IMG/VR virus record: IMGVR_UViG_3300044257_000012
Length of the DNA: 41,389 nt
Strand: one strand, 5' to 3'
Source: a virus
The first letter of the stretch is position 1; every line of letters starts with the position of its first letter. Below the pieces are notes generated by a model. The model did not search any database and was not told the origin of the DNA. It was given only the letters and a program-made list of their open reading frames with translations. Shown here one piece after another: positions 14,907 through 23,455 of this stretch. The translations under genes were made by a program, and so were the position numbers.

Positions 14907-15370
14907 GTCAAGTCCTCCGGATCGACTCCGACGATCTCATACTGAACCGTCGCCCGAACCACACTCTCGGCCGGCGCATCGAGTCCGAGACGTTTCGCGA
15001 ACTGAGCATCTAGCGCTAGCATGGTCTTGACGGCATTGAGACGTAGCGAGTAGTCACGCACCACCTCTTCCGTCTCGGGATCGATGAGCACATCCCCCCG
15101 TTGACCTGCCGTAACAGGCGCACCCTGCATCTCCGCAAGGTTCATAACCTTTCCCCGGAGATTCATCAGCGTGTCAATCGTCAGCGCAGTCAGTGCCGAC
15201 CGGTCCATCTCCGGCAGCTTGCGAGCCATCTCCGACACGATCGTGCAGATGCGCGAGGGGACAACGCCGTACTCCTCGGCCAGAACGGCGAGTGAGGCAC
15301 CGTTCATGCGTTTGGTGAATATCTCCTGATCCCGCAATTCATTGGGTGACGCGCGCTCATTCATTGCCAT
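14903..15370 (-). CDS. putative terminase small subunit (N-terminal HTH)
   Basis: 155 aa. HTH-like ASLAVLAEEYGVVPSRICTIV. AAGGAGA SD. Position upstream of terL. Confidence 0.5.
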   Translation of the reverse strand: MAMNERASPNELRDQEIFTKRMNGASLAVLAEEYGVVPSRICTIVSEMARKLPEMDRSALTALTIDTLMNLRGKVMNLAEMQGAPVTAGQRGDVLIDPETEEVVRDYSLRLNAVKTMLALDAQFAKRLGLDAPAESVVRATVQYEIVGVDPEDLT

Positions 15371-15375
15371 TCTCC

Positions 15376-15576
15376 TTATTCCGCCGACACGCTCGACTTG
15401 ACGTGATCGTACATTCGCGCGCCCTTTTCTCCGTACGTCGCGCCATGCTTATCGCTCAGCGTGAAAGGCCTATCCCGCCGGGCGTACGTCACACCTTTCA
15501 CCTGCACCAACGGCTCAAGAAACTTGACGCTGACGACGTTTCCGCACTCCGGACCGCCCACCAATTCGATTTTCAC
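15376..15576 (-). CDS. hypothetical protein
   Basis: ORF 15376..15876 trimmed to GTG 15576 (AGGAGG upstream, GTGA overlap). 66 aa. Confidence 0.5.
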   Translation of the reverse strand: MKIELVGGPECGNVVSVKFLEPLVQVKGVTYARRDRPFTLSDKHGATYGEKGARMYDHVKSSVSAE

Positions 15577-16376
15577 AACGCCTCCTGCTTTCCTTTCTTC
15601 GGCATTTTCCACGGTTGTCCATTCGTCGGCCACGCATTCCCGCAAGTCGCGCAGAGTGTCATCCCGCCGGCAACCAGCTCCATGCCGGGATGCGCGCCTC
15701 GATTGCACGCGGCCCGCACCTTGCTCCGCGCGAGCTTCCCGCTCTCGCGCTCCCGGATCGCGTCGTACCACTCGTCGCCGAGCGCCCCGCCCGTGCTCAC
15801 GTACTCGGCCAGGTCGGTGATCGAAGCGTGCGGGAACCAGGTTCGCGTCCGCCCCCACAGCATCACCGAAACCCACGTCCCACCGTCGTGAACGGCGTAC
15901 GCCGAGTGTCCCCCGTTCCCCAGCACCAACGCGTATAGCGTTTTAACCGCCCCAGGGCGGCCTGTGATGGCATGGGGCACGCTTCCCCTACTCCGCTGTA
16001 CCCTCACGTCCCACGACGCCGCTACGGCCCTCTCAGCCTGTTTCAGCACAGCCGACGGAGTCCCCGCCCCGTCCCACGGTTCCCTCGATGTGACCTCGGG
16101 CGCCGGGTATGCCTTCACCACGGCAATCGGCGCGAGCCGATTCGACACCGGAAAGCCGATCACGGGGTCGATGACCCGCTTCGCGAGCCAGACCCGCTCC
16201 TCGATCCCGGCATCCCCCTTCCGGCATTCCACGCAGCGCCCCGGACCGGCGTACGCCTCGGCCACCACTGCGGGTGCCCCGCACCCGCACCGAGTCCGGA
16301 CCAGGTGCGAGTTCCCGATCACCTCACGCTCGACGAACTCCTCGTGGCCGTCCTCGGTGAACTCCACGAGGCTCAC
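15573..16376 (-). CDS. hypothetical Zn-ribbon-containing protein
   Basis: ORF trimmed to GTG 16376 (GTGA overlap with the RusA stop). CGCG..CVEC and CATC cysteine pairs. 267 aa. Confidence 0.6.
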   Translation of the reverse strand: MSLVEFTEDGHEEFVEREVIGNSHLVRTRCGCGAPAVVAEAYAGPGRCVECRKGDAGIEERVWLAKRVIDPVIGFPVSNRLAPIAVVKAYPAPEVTSREPWDGAGTPSAVLKQAERAVAASWDVRVQRSRGSVPHAITGRPGAVKTLYALVLGNGGHSAYAVHDGGTWVSVMLWGRTRTWFPHASITDLAEYVSTGGALGDEWYDAIRERESGKLARSKVRAACNRGAHPGMELVAGGMTLCATCGNAWPTNGQPWKMPKKGKQEAL

Positions 16377-16900
16377 AGCCCACACTCCGCGGCGAGGATC
16401 GCGTGAAGGTCCCCGATCTCCGCCGGCCGAACCTTGATCAGCACCCCCGCCGACTCGCCGCCCATCGTCCACCGCTTCCACGACTGTCCACCGACGACGT
16501 TCGAATCGTCCAGAATCAGACCACTCTGCGTCAAAGCGTCCAGAACGTTCCGCCGCAGTTTGTCCTCGTCGCCGTGCCCGTACGTCCCACCCTCACGGGT
16601 CGGCCAGAGCATCCCGTGATCCGGCTCGCACAGCTTCTCGAACCTGGAGAACATGTCCACCACGACCGGACCGGCAAACCGCTCCACGATGCACTGAGCC
16701 CGAATCGCCCGGACCGTCTCCAGCTTCCACGACTCGGAGTACTCCCCCGACTCCCGCAGCGTCACGCGGCACTTCCCCGGTCCAACCCGGACGTGCACAG
16801 GAACCAGCGAGCCTTTCGTCCGCGGTCGGCCAGAGACCGACACCCGGACGCCACCCCCGGTCAGCTCGCTGCCGAGCACTTGCCTGCCGAACTCACTCAT
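16373..16900 (-). CDS. rusA: RusA-like Holliday-junction resolvase
   Basis: GRPRTKGS... and GHGDEDKLRRNVLDALTQSGLILDDSNVV match the RusA family pattern. ATG 16900 is chosen because a TATAAT box (16943..16948) and GAGGGGCGA lie upstream within the TTG-start track ORF. Confidence 0.75.
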   Translation of the reverse strand: MSEFGRQVLGSELTGGGVRVSVSGRPRTKGSLVPVHVRVGPGKCRVTLRESGEYSESWKLETVRAIRAQCIVERFAGPVVVDMFSRFEKLCEPDHGMLWPTREGGTYGHGDEDKLRRNVLDALTQSGLILDDSNVVGGQSWKRWTMGGESAGVLIKVRPAEIGDLHAILAAECGL

Positions 16901-17005
16901 CGCGAACCATCGCCCCTCGAAATCGCCAAGAATCTCACGCTCATTATACAACAGCGCTCGATCGGCGTGTGCCAATCGAGCGCGCCTAATCAAAGATCGA
17001 AGCTC

Positions 17006-17230
17006 TCAGAACATCGCGGCGAAAGCGGCCTCGCTCGCCAGCACGGCCAGAGCGGAGCCGACCACGGTCAGCCCATCGCCCTTCCCGACCACTCCAGCAC
17101 GCCGCAGCTCGATCATCGCGCTCTCGTCGGCCAGAACCACGACACGACCGGCGTGGGTCACTCCAGCCCGACCCAGTGCCGAGAACGCGTCCGCACTGAC
17201 CGACCTCTTCATCATCGCGAGCTTGCTCAT
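17006..17230 (-). CDS. hypothetical protein
   Basis: 74-aa ORF. AGGGGCGA lies just upstream of the ATG. Confidence 0.55.
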   Translation of the reverse strand: MSKLAMMKRSVSADAFSALGRAGVTHAGRVVVLADESAMIELRRAGVVGKGDGLTVVGSALAVLASEAAFAAMF

Positions 17231-17271
17231 CTTCGCCCCTACTTTCGTCGCCGCTCTTTCTTGCTACCTAG

Positions 17272-17300
17272 ATTCTTGCACACTCGATTGTTTCACGCAA
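17272..17300 (-). promoter_or_regulatory. promoter TTGCGT-N17-AAGAAT
   Basis: Reverse complement reads ttgcgt gaaacaatcgagtgtgc aagaat. About 40 nt upstream of ATG 17230. Confidence 0.5.
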
Positions 17301-17389
17301 CCCCCCCCCTAGTCACTGGTTAAGACTGAGCTTTCCACCCCGAGCATCGCCCGAGTGTCCCCCCTCCCTTCGGAAAGGGGTGACGGAGA

Positions 17390-17585
17390 GTGTGTGTGGG
17401 GATGTGGGGATGGGGATGCATCCATCCCCACGGAGGGATTTCCATCCCCAGGCTGGAAACGGACATTTGTATATAGATAGATAGAATTAACGGACTAGAA
17501 CCACAGTCTTGATCATGCTTTATCGAGAGCGATTCAAAGAGTCCGTGGGGATGCATTCCATCCCCATCCCCACGATCCCCAGTGA
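17390..17585. other. putative origin of replication (iterons flanking an AT-rich element)
   Basis: GGGGATG x4 and its complement CATCCCC x4-5 form two near-palindromic clusters (17398..17449, 17547..17580). They flank catttgtatatagatagatagaattaa, adjacent to the primase gene. Confidence 0.5.
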
Positions 17586-17592
17586 CTCTGTG

Positions 17593-19974
17593 TTACGCCG
17601 AGTAGGTTCCTTCAGACACCTTCAAGACGCCCGCCTCGCACCCCTGGCCGAGTGCCTCGTCAAGGCACCCTCGGTGCTTCGTGTAGATCCAATCCCTGAT
17701 CTGCCGCTTGCTGCGCCCCTCTCCGAAGGTGCGCAGCTTTCCCGCGATCAACTCGACATGCTTGGCGATGCAAGCTTGTGCCTCTGTCTGGCGTCCGCGC
17801 TCATTCGCTGCGGCTTCCGCCTCTCGGCGCTTGAGGCGAGCGATGCTCTCCCGCTCCTGCTCCCTGGCCGTAGCCTGCCGGATACGCGTCCGCACGGCCC
17901 CCGAGACTGCGAGAACCTGCTCCGCGAGCCCCCAGTCCCCCTCTGTGGCGTTCATCCGCCCGTCCAGCACCGCGAGCAAGCAGGAGAGCTTCACGAGCAG
18001 GAGGGGCTTGTGGGAGTCGAGAGGCTCCACGGTCAGCGTGCCGCGTTGCTTGGCAAGCCTCTCGGCACGAAGCCGGACTTTGATGCTGTCGGCGATGGTC
18101 ATCTTCGGCAGTTTCGTGACCTCGGATGCGGCCTGACCTAGCAGTGAGCCCTTCCAGGACTCGGCGAACGCGCCAGGGAGTTCCAACCGGGCCATCACTT
18201 TGTCCTCAACATCGTCGGGGATCGTGGCGTCTACGGCCGACAGCCACAGGAACCGCTGAACGGTGCCGAGTTCGACCTGTTCCGCCGTGAACAGGCGGCC
18301 GGCGATGGCGGGCTGAAAGCCGATGGTCATGCCGAGTGAGTAGGTTCCCGCGGGAATGATGCGCGTGGTGTCGGCGCGCCCGTTCTGCTGGCCGAGCGCT
18401 TCCCCTGACCAGGCGGAGCGCAGTGCTTCGCTGACGGTGCTGCCCTGACGCTCCAGCATCCGCACGAGTTCGGCACCCTCATCCTTGTGCAGCAGGACGT
18501 TGTCATACACCTTGTCGCGAACCTTCTTGGTCTTCCCGGTCTCTTCGTCCTCCCGTTCGACCATGCCCATGAACGACTCGGCGATGCCCTCCCCTGACCC
18601 GAGCGGCAGTGCGTGAGGGTTCCAACGCTCGTTCTCCGGCATCACTGCGTCCACCACCCTGAGGCCGGACGACTTCCCGCCCCCGGACGGAGCTACGAGG
18701 GACACGATCAGGTTCAGCGAGGTTGTGTCTCCGCCGATCCCGGTGTCGGGTCCGCACTTCGGCGGAAGGGCTGCGGCGATCCGGGCGAGTACGCCCCCGA
18801 ATACCGCATCGGCGGACGACAGGCGCTCATGCGCCACGTCCCTGATCAGCCGAAGATTCGGGCGTGATTCCCAGAACTCGGCAGGAAGGTTCGACGGCGC
18901 GATCTCGATCGCTACGTCCGCCGCAGACACGAACGCCGCGCGCCACTGCTCCGGCCCGCGCATCGCTCGTCTGGCCGACGCGATCGTGTCTGCGGCCCTC
19001 CAGGTCATCCCGTCGTACGCCGTGGCGCTGAGCGCGTCCTGAAGCACCGCGTCGGCTTGGTCCGTACTCCAGAATTCGTCCCCGAAGTGCGCGAGCGCGC
19101 ACGAGGCCTCGTTGAGCCGGACGTTGATCTCTCCGTCTCTGGCCGACCTCAACGTCAGCAGCGCGGGGGCCGTGAACGCTCGCGCCTGCTCGATCGTGAA
19201 CGAGCGCGTCTCTCCGGCCCATCCCTGCATCGAGGGAGTGAACAGCACGATCCCTCCACCCGACGCGGGAGCAGGCGCGGAGATGGCGACAGGCGCGACG
19301 AGTCGGCCGACCACGTCGGCCAGGGCGAACCGCGCACCGACGGCAGCCTCCCCCGGCCACCATCGCGCCACCACGGACTCAGGCATCCCCGGCTTGCGGT
19401 TGGTGGTGCCCGGCATCCGGTAGACGCGCGCCAGGTCTGACGTGTTGTCGACCTTCCAACCGTGCACTTTCGCGGCGTCGATGATGGCGCGATGCACACG
19501 CCGCACGTCGTCCCGCGTCTGGCCGATCACGTCGGGGTCGGTGAGCGGGATCGGTTCGGCCAGTCGCCACACCGGATACACCCCACCCCCGGATTCGATC
19601 CATGTCGTCGGGTCTGGCAGTCCGGCCTCACTGAGCACCTGCTCGTACTGCGCTCGCGTCTCGGGGTAGTTGAGTGCCTTGTGCCCCGGACCTTTCAGGT
19701 CGAGGTCGGCCATGATCGCGGGCAGCGAAACGGAGTCGGCGACGGTGCCGCGCCTCAGGGCGGTGTCGTTCATCGTCGTCAGTCGGTGATAGACGCCGGA
19801 CGCTCCACATTCTCCGTCGAGAATGATCGCGTATCGCGCGGCCTCGTCGAGGTCGGTGAACCGCCTGCCGCGCCAGTCCGCGGGCGTTCCGATCCACACG
19901 TTCCCGTCGAACTTCTCTCCGTAAAGCCACTTCAGCCAGGACGATGCCTGTTGTAGACGTGCGCTTTCATCCAT
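17593..19974 (-). CDS. bifunctional primase-polymerase (AEP) with C-terminal DUF3987/P-loop helicase-like domain
   Basis: 793 aa. AEP motifs ADLDLK, SGGGVYPVW and RMPGTTNRK. P-loop APSGGGKSSG. Confidence 0.85.
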   Translation of the reverse strand: MDESARLQQASSWLKWLYGEKFDGNVWIGTPADWRGRRFTDLDEAARYAIILDGECGASGVYHRLTTMNDTALRRGTVADSVSLPAIMADLDLKGPGHKALNYPETRAQYEQVLSEAGLPDPTTWIESGGGVYPVWRLAEPIPLTDPDVIGQTRDDVRRVHRAIIDAAKVHGWKVDNTSDLARVYRMPGTTNRKPGMPESVVARWWPGEAAVGARFALADVVGRLVAPVAISAPAPASGGGIVLFTPSMQGWAGETRSFTIEQARAFTAPALLTLRSARDGEINVRLNEASCALAHFGDEFWSTDQADAVLQDALSATAYDGMTWRAADTIASARRAMRGPEQWRAAFVSAADVAIEIAPSNLPAEFWESRPNLRLIRDVAHERLSSADAVFGGVLARIAAALPPKCGPDTGIGGDTTSLNLIVSLVAPSGGGKSSGLRVVDAVMPENERWNPHALPLGSGEGIAESFMGMVEREDEETGKTKKVRDKVYDNVLLHKDEGAELVRMLERQGSTVSEALRSAWSGEALGQQNGRADTTRIIPAGTYSLGMTIGFQPAIAGRLFTAEQVELGTVQRFLWLSAVDATIPDDVEDKVMARLELPGAFAESWKGSLLGQAASEVTKLPKMTIADSIKVRLRAERLAKQRGTLTVEPLDSHKPLLLVKLSCLLAVLDGRMNATEGDWGLAEQVLAVSGAVRTRIRQATAREQERESIARLKRREAEAAANERGRQTEAQACIAKHVELIAGKLRTFGEGRSKRQIRDWIYTKHRGCLDEALGQGCEAGVLKVSEGTYSA

Positions 19975-20018
19975 ATCTGCTACCGTTCTGGGCGCGTGTT
20001 GTCGGTCCCGATGTCACA

Positions 20019-20048
20019 GAACGCCCAGTGATGACTCACTGGGCGTTC
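20019..20048 (-). terminator. hairpin overlapping the stop of gene 20036..20230 (attenuator or terminator-like)
   Basis: gaacgcccagtga-tgac-tcactgggcgttc, 13-bp stem. No clear T-run. Confidence 0.35.
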
Positions 20049-20230
20049 GTCATGCCCAGCGCGATCAGTGCGCTCACCACCCGCTCGGCCTGCTCGGGCG
20101 AGTAGCATCGCCACCCCCGGCTCTCTAGCTCGGCAGCTTTGCGCTCTTCGCTCTTGCGCATCCGGCCGGCGGTAGCTGCCATGGTGCGCGTGCGGCGTTC
20201 GCGTCGTTCCCCGGTGTCTTCGTGGCTCAT
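20036..20230 (-). CDS. hypothetical small protein, first gene of the leftward operon
   Basis: 64-aa ORF. TAGGTT lies 6 nt upstream of the ATG and there is no SD. Confidence 0.55.
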   Translation of the reverse strand: MSHEDTGERRERRTRTMAATAGRMRKSEERKAAELESRGWRCYSPEQAERVVSALIALGMTNAQ

Positions 20231-20567
20231 GCGGGGAACCTACCACGGTCAACGGTGACCGTCTTTCGTGGTAACGTCGTGGCTGATGTTCCCCTCGTTC
20301 GAGTGATTGACCCGTCGTTCGTGCTAACGTCGTCAGCAGAAGTGCCCGTTCGCCCGGTCCCGCATGATTCTTGCGCTTGAGGTTCGCCCCTCCCTCGCCT
20401 GATGATTGCCGCTCCCGCCGGACGGGCACTCTTCTTTCACTTGCGCGTTCAGGTTATCGATGGTAGATTAGTCAACGGGTCACCGGGCAGGCAGAGGCTG
20501 AATACGTCGTCACGCTGTCGGAAGAGACTCACGTCAACGAGGAACGACGAAACATCGAGGGGCGAGT
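20231..20567. promoter_or_regulatory. divergent early control region
   Basis: Rightward promoter TTGCGC-N17-TAGATT (20441..20469). Leftward -10 TAGGTT (20237..20242). GTCAACGG(G)T(G/C)ACCG sites at 20248..20261 and 20471..20485. ttcgtgNtaacgtcgt at 20265 and 20318. Confidence 0.55.
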
Positions 20568-20846
20568 GTGCGAACTGAGATCCGCGCGAGGCGCGGCGCG
20601 AGACTGATCGGATGGGTGGACGTCGAGCGCATCGGAACGACTCGATTCGTCGTGACCACGCACTCCGGCTACCGAGCGGAACTGCCGATGTGCGTTCATG
20701 ACGCGCATGTCGGCCAGCGCGCGGTGTGCGTGAAGGAGGTCGGCGGAGTGTTCGGCGCGCGATGCACTCAGGGTCGCCACTGTCACTCCGGTCATCAGGA
20801 GCACATCGACGCGTTCGTCAAGAAGCTGATCGGGACGTACGTATGA
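20568..20846 (+). CDS. hypothetical protein, first gene of the rightward operon
   Basis: GTG start 5 nt after GAGGGG. 92-codon ORF with high third-position GC. Confidence 0.6.
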   Translation: MRTEIRARRGARLIGWVDVERIGTTRFVVTTHSGYRAELPMCVHDAHVGQRAVCVKEVGGVFGARCTQGRHCHSGHQEHIDAFVKKLIGTYV

Positions 20847-21193
20847 GGCCGCAGCGGGAGATGTGGATATGCGGCGCGGCTCGCGCGGAACGGATCTCGC
20901 TGGGTAGGGGATGGCAGGTGCGCATGTGGCTTAAGCCGTGGCGCTCGAAGGTCCCCGTCCCCTGGTCCCATCCGGTCGTGGCTCGTCGTCCGGCCAGAGA
21001 GCAGGAAGTCCTCCTCGCTCGTGCCACCACACCCGGTTGGCCGGACGAGGACGACCCCGGCTACAGCGAGGCATTCGTGCTGACCTTCTCCGACGGCCGA
21101 ACATGGACCGCTCCACAAGGCGTCCGCCTCATCCTGCAACGACTGCGCACCCCCCAGCGAGATCAAGAGGCGAAAGAGTGGAGGTTCACGTGA
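20843..21193 (+). CDS. hypothetical protein
   Basis: ORF 20726..21193 trimmed to ATG 20843 (ATGA overlap). 116 aa. Confidence 0.55.
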   Translation: MRPQREMWICGAARAERISLGRGWQVRMWLKPWRSKVPVPWSHPVVARRPAREQEVLLARATTPGWPDEDDPGYSEAFVLTFSDGRTWTAPQGVRLILQRLRTPQRDQEAKEWRFT

Positions 21194-21411
21194 GGGGCGA
21201 ACTCGACAGCCTGACGCGTCAGTTGAGCGGGCGTCAGGTGGAAGTGCTGGCGTACATCGCGGCAGGCCAGACCGACGCTCAGATAGCCAGTGCCATGTTC
21301 ATCGGCGAGTCGACGGTAAAGCAGCACGTACAGGACATCCGGTCAAAACTCGACGCGTCCAATCGCGCACACGCCGTCCACCTCGCACACCGGAAGGGAA
21401 TCCTGGAGTGA
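21190..21411 (+). CDS. stand-alone LuxR/GerE-type HTH regulator
   Basis: LSGRQVEVLAYIAAGQTDAQIASAMFIGESTVKQHVQDIRSKL matches the GerE HTH pattern. GTGA overlap, GGAGG SD. 73 aa. Confidence 0.75.
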   Translation: MRGELDSLTRQLSGRQVEVLAYIAAGQTDAQIASAMFIGESTVKQHVQDIRSKLDASNRAHAVHLAHRKGILE

Positions 21412-21935
21412 GGATCACGCAACGACAGTTCGACGAGGCGTCGAACGCGGCTTTCGACGCGGCAGACTCGTCGCCCGACGAGGTGCCCCTGAACGACAGG
21501 GCCCTACGCGCGTTCGCGCGTGCGCTCGGCATCGAGATCGAGAAGGATGCCGAAGCAAGTCAGTCGTTCATCTGGGTTCGGCGGACGTGGGCGGACGTAC
21601 GCCAGGGTGACGCCATCCGCCCCATCAACACTGACGGTTTTGCGCTCGATCAGCACGCGGCGCACGTCGTCCGCATCGGCCCGACGTGCGAGTGGCACGT
21701 CGACGACCTGACTGCGGTCACCGAGCAGACGATGCTCGACAGGCAGTACCGGCCCAACGAGCACCGCCTCACCTATTCGGCCAGACTCGTGACCCTCATC
21801 CCTCTGGCCGACGAGAGCGCCGCGCCCTTCTCGCCGCCGCACGGGATGAACCCTGACGCGCCTGTCGACATCCGTACCACTCAGGTGGAGGCGGACGCGA
21901 TCGAGTTGCTGGGCGGATGGGCGGCGAGACTGTGA
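21408..21935 (+). CDS. hypothetical protein
   Basis: 175-aa ORF with GTGA overlap. Confidence 0.6.
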   Translation: MRITQRQFDEASNAAFDAADSSPDEVPLNDRALRAFARALGIEIEKDAEASQSFIWVRRTWADVRQGDAIRPINTDGFALDQHAAHVVRIGPTCEWHVDDLTAVTEQTMLDRQYRPNEHRLTYSARLVTLIPLADESAAPFSPPHGMNPDAPVDIRTTQVEADAIELLGGWAARL

Positions 21936-22189
21936 CCACCGTGCCGATCGACAGCGGGGAAGACCTGGCGTCGACGCTGAAGTTACTGCGCGTCCTGGCT
22001 GGCCGGACGCAGCAGAGCATCGCCGAACCGCTGAACTTCTCGCCAGGAAGGGTCGGTGAGTACGAGCGCGGAGTGCGCAGCATGAGGGTGACCACCCTGT
22101 TGCGACTTCTGGCCGAGTTGGGTTGGCAGATGACCCTCGTGCAGCTTGACAGCGCACAATCGAACGTGCAAGAATCAGAGCATCACTAA
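21932..22189 (+). CDS. XRE (Cro/CI-type) HTH protein
   Basis: LRVLAGRTQQSIAEPLNFSPGRVGEYERGVRSMRVTTLLRLL is an HTH_3-like pattern. GTG 21932 overlaps the upstream stop. Confidence 0.7.
   Translation: MTTVPIDSGEDLASTLKLLRVLAGRTQQSIAEPLNFSPGRVGEYERGVRSMRVTTLLRLLAELGWQMTLVQLDSAQSNVQESEHH
22146..22175 (+). promoter_or_regulatory. promoter TTGACA-N18-AAGAAT
   Basis: Lies inside the 3' end of the XRE gene, about 45 nt upstream of ATG 22220. Confidence 0.45.
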
Positions 22190-22219
22190 ACGCAGCAACG
22201 AGCGAGGGGCGACAGCATC

Positions 22220-22342
22220 ATGACGATCGACTTCCCGAAAGACGTCAAGACGACCGAGTGCAAGACGGTCACGAACAGCAAGATCACGAAGACTCCGCAC
22301 GGCATCGTGAAGTCGACGACGACGAAAGAAGTCAAGCGATGA
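22220..22342 (+). CDS. hypothetical 40-aa protein (below the ORF-track cut-off)
   Basis: CGAGGGGCGA lies 7 nt upstream. MTIDFPKDVKTTECKTV.... ATGA overlap with the next gene. Confidence 0.45.
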   Translation: MTIDFPKDVKTTECKTVTNSKITKTPHGIVKSTTTKEVKR

Positions 22343-22779
22343 GCCTGCTCTTTCCGCCGCCGCCCCCCGAAGACGCGCCCGACGCCGTCGGCGAACAGAT
22401 GAATCAGGGCAAGTATTGGGTCAACGGGTTCGGTGAGGCGCTGTTAATCGATCGGATGACGCCGGGGCACGTCGAGAATTGCATGGCGATGATGATTCGC
22501 AAGTCGTCCATCCTGACGCACATCGCCACGGGGCCGATGTGGTCGTACTCCATACATGTGGGTGACGCGGCGCATGACTCGATCATGAGCATGATCGACG
22601 AGATCGAGTCCGACTCCGAGAAGTGGGTAAAATCCACGCCGCTGTATCGAGCGCTCAAGAAGCGCCGCAAGGCGCTGCGCAAGGCGGCCAAGTTTCGTGC
22701 AGCATCGGAGCGTCTGCTCATGCTCCCTGAAATTCAGATCACGCGAGACGTGTATGAAAAGGCGGAGTGGAAAGGATGA
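22339..22779 (+). CDS. hypothetical protein
   Basis: ORF 22258..22779 trimmed to ATG 22339. 146 aa. Confidence 0.6.
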   Translation: MSLLFPPPPPEDAPDAVGEQMNQGKYWVNGFGEALLIDRMTPGHVENCMAMMIRKSSILTHIATGPMWSYSIHVGDAAHDSIMSMIDEIESDSEKWVKSTPLYRALKKRRKALRKAAKFRAASERLLMLPEIQITRDVYEKAEWKG

Positions 22780-23192
22780 GCGACGATGCGAAAGAGGTCA
22801 CGCTCAGCCTGGAAGTGGCGCGGCACCTGTTCGATCTCGCGACCGACGACATCCGAGTGCTGCGCAAATTTGCCATCGCGATCGGAGTCGATCCGCTGGG
22901 CGCAACACCGTTCGAATTCATTCGCGACTTCCCGCACGCGTTCCAGCCGTTCGACGTTGACAAGGCGCGTTGCCGCAAGCCGTCGAACTGGTCGTACTCC
23001 AGCCCTCTCGGCCTGTGGGAAACCGACGACGAGGTGATCGCGCGGGCCACACGCATCGGTGCGGACCTGACGCAGTGCATCGCGGGCGGACCGTTTGGTT
23101 CTCGTAAATGCCGGCGCGACGCGTCCGACCCGATTCACCAGGCCGGCGCGCCGGAACCGACGAGTGATGGACTGGAGATGGTGGACGAATGA
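22776..23192 (+). CDS. hypothetical protein
   Basis: ORF trimmed to ATG 22776 (ATGA overlap). 138 aa. Confidence 0.6.
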   Translation: MSDDAKEVTLSLEVARHLFDLATDDIRVLRKFAIAIGVDPLGATPFEFIRDFPHAFQPFDVDKARCRKPSNWSYSSPLGLWETDDEVIARATRIGADLTQCIAGGPFGSRKCRRDASDPIHQAGAPEPTSDGLEMVDE

Positions 23193-23359
23193 GCAAGACG
23201 CCAGAACGGGCGACGTATGAGATTCGGCGTACTCCGTACGGGAAGGCGCGATGGACGTACACAGTCTTCCGTGACGGGATCGAGCTTCCGCTCGCGTTCT
23301 ACTCACGCAAGAAGGATGCGGAAGCACGCATCCGAGAGGACATTGCCAACATCGCGTAG
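23189..23359 (+). CDS. hypothetical 56-aa protein (below the ORF-track cut-off)
   Basis: ATGA overlap. MSKTPERATYEIRRTPYGKARW.... Confidence 0.5.
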   Translation: MSKTPERATYEIRRTPYGKARWTYTVFRDGIELPLAFYSRKKDAEARIREDIANIA

Positions 23360-23394
23360 CTGAAACACAAATCGAGCGTGACAGGCTACCAAGC

Positions 23395-23424
23395 TTGTCG
23401 CGCTCGATTTGTTTGCGCTATAAT
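23395..23424 (+). promoter_or_regulatory. promoter TTGTCG-N18-TATAAT
   Basis: Consensus -10 box 31 nt upstream of GTG 23456. Confidence 0.6.
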
Positions 23425-23455
23425 CAGAACAACGTAAATCAACGAGGGGCGAATC

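Noticed and set aside
16943-16993. TTG start at 16993 for the RusA gene (206 aa).
   Set aside because: A TATAAT box and the GAGGGGCGA leader lie inside this extension. ATG 16900 gives a RusA-sized 175-aa product.
17320-17556. 78-aa minus-strand ORF (and 17509..18141 +) across the iteron/AT-rich region.
   Set aside because: The His/Pro-rich translation of the GGGGATG repeats is implausible, there is no SD, and the region looks like a replication origin.
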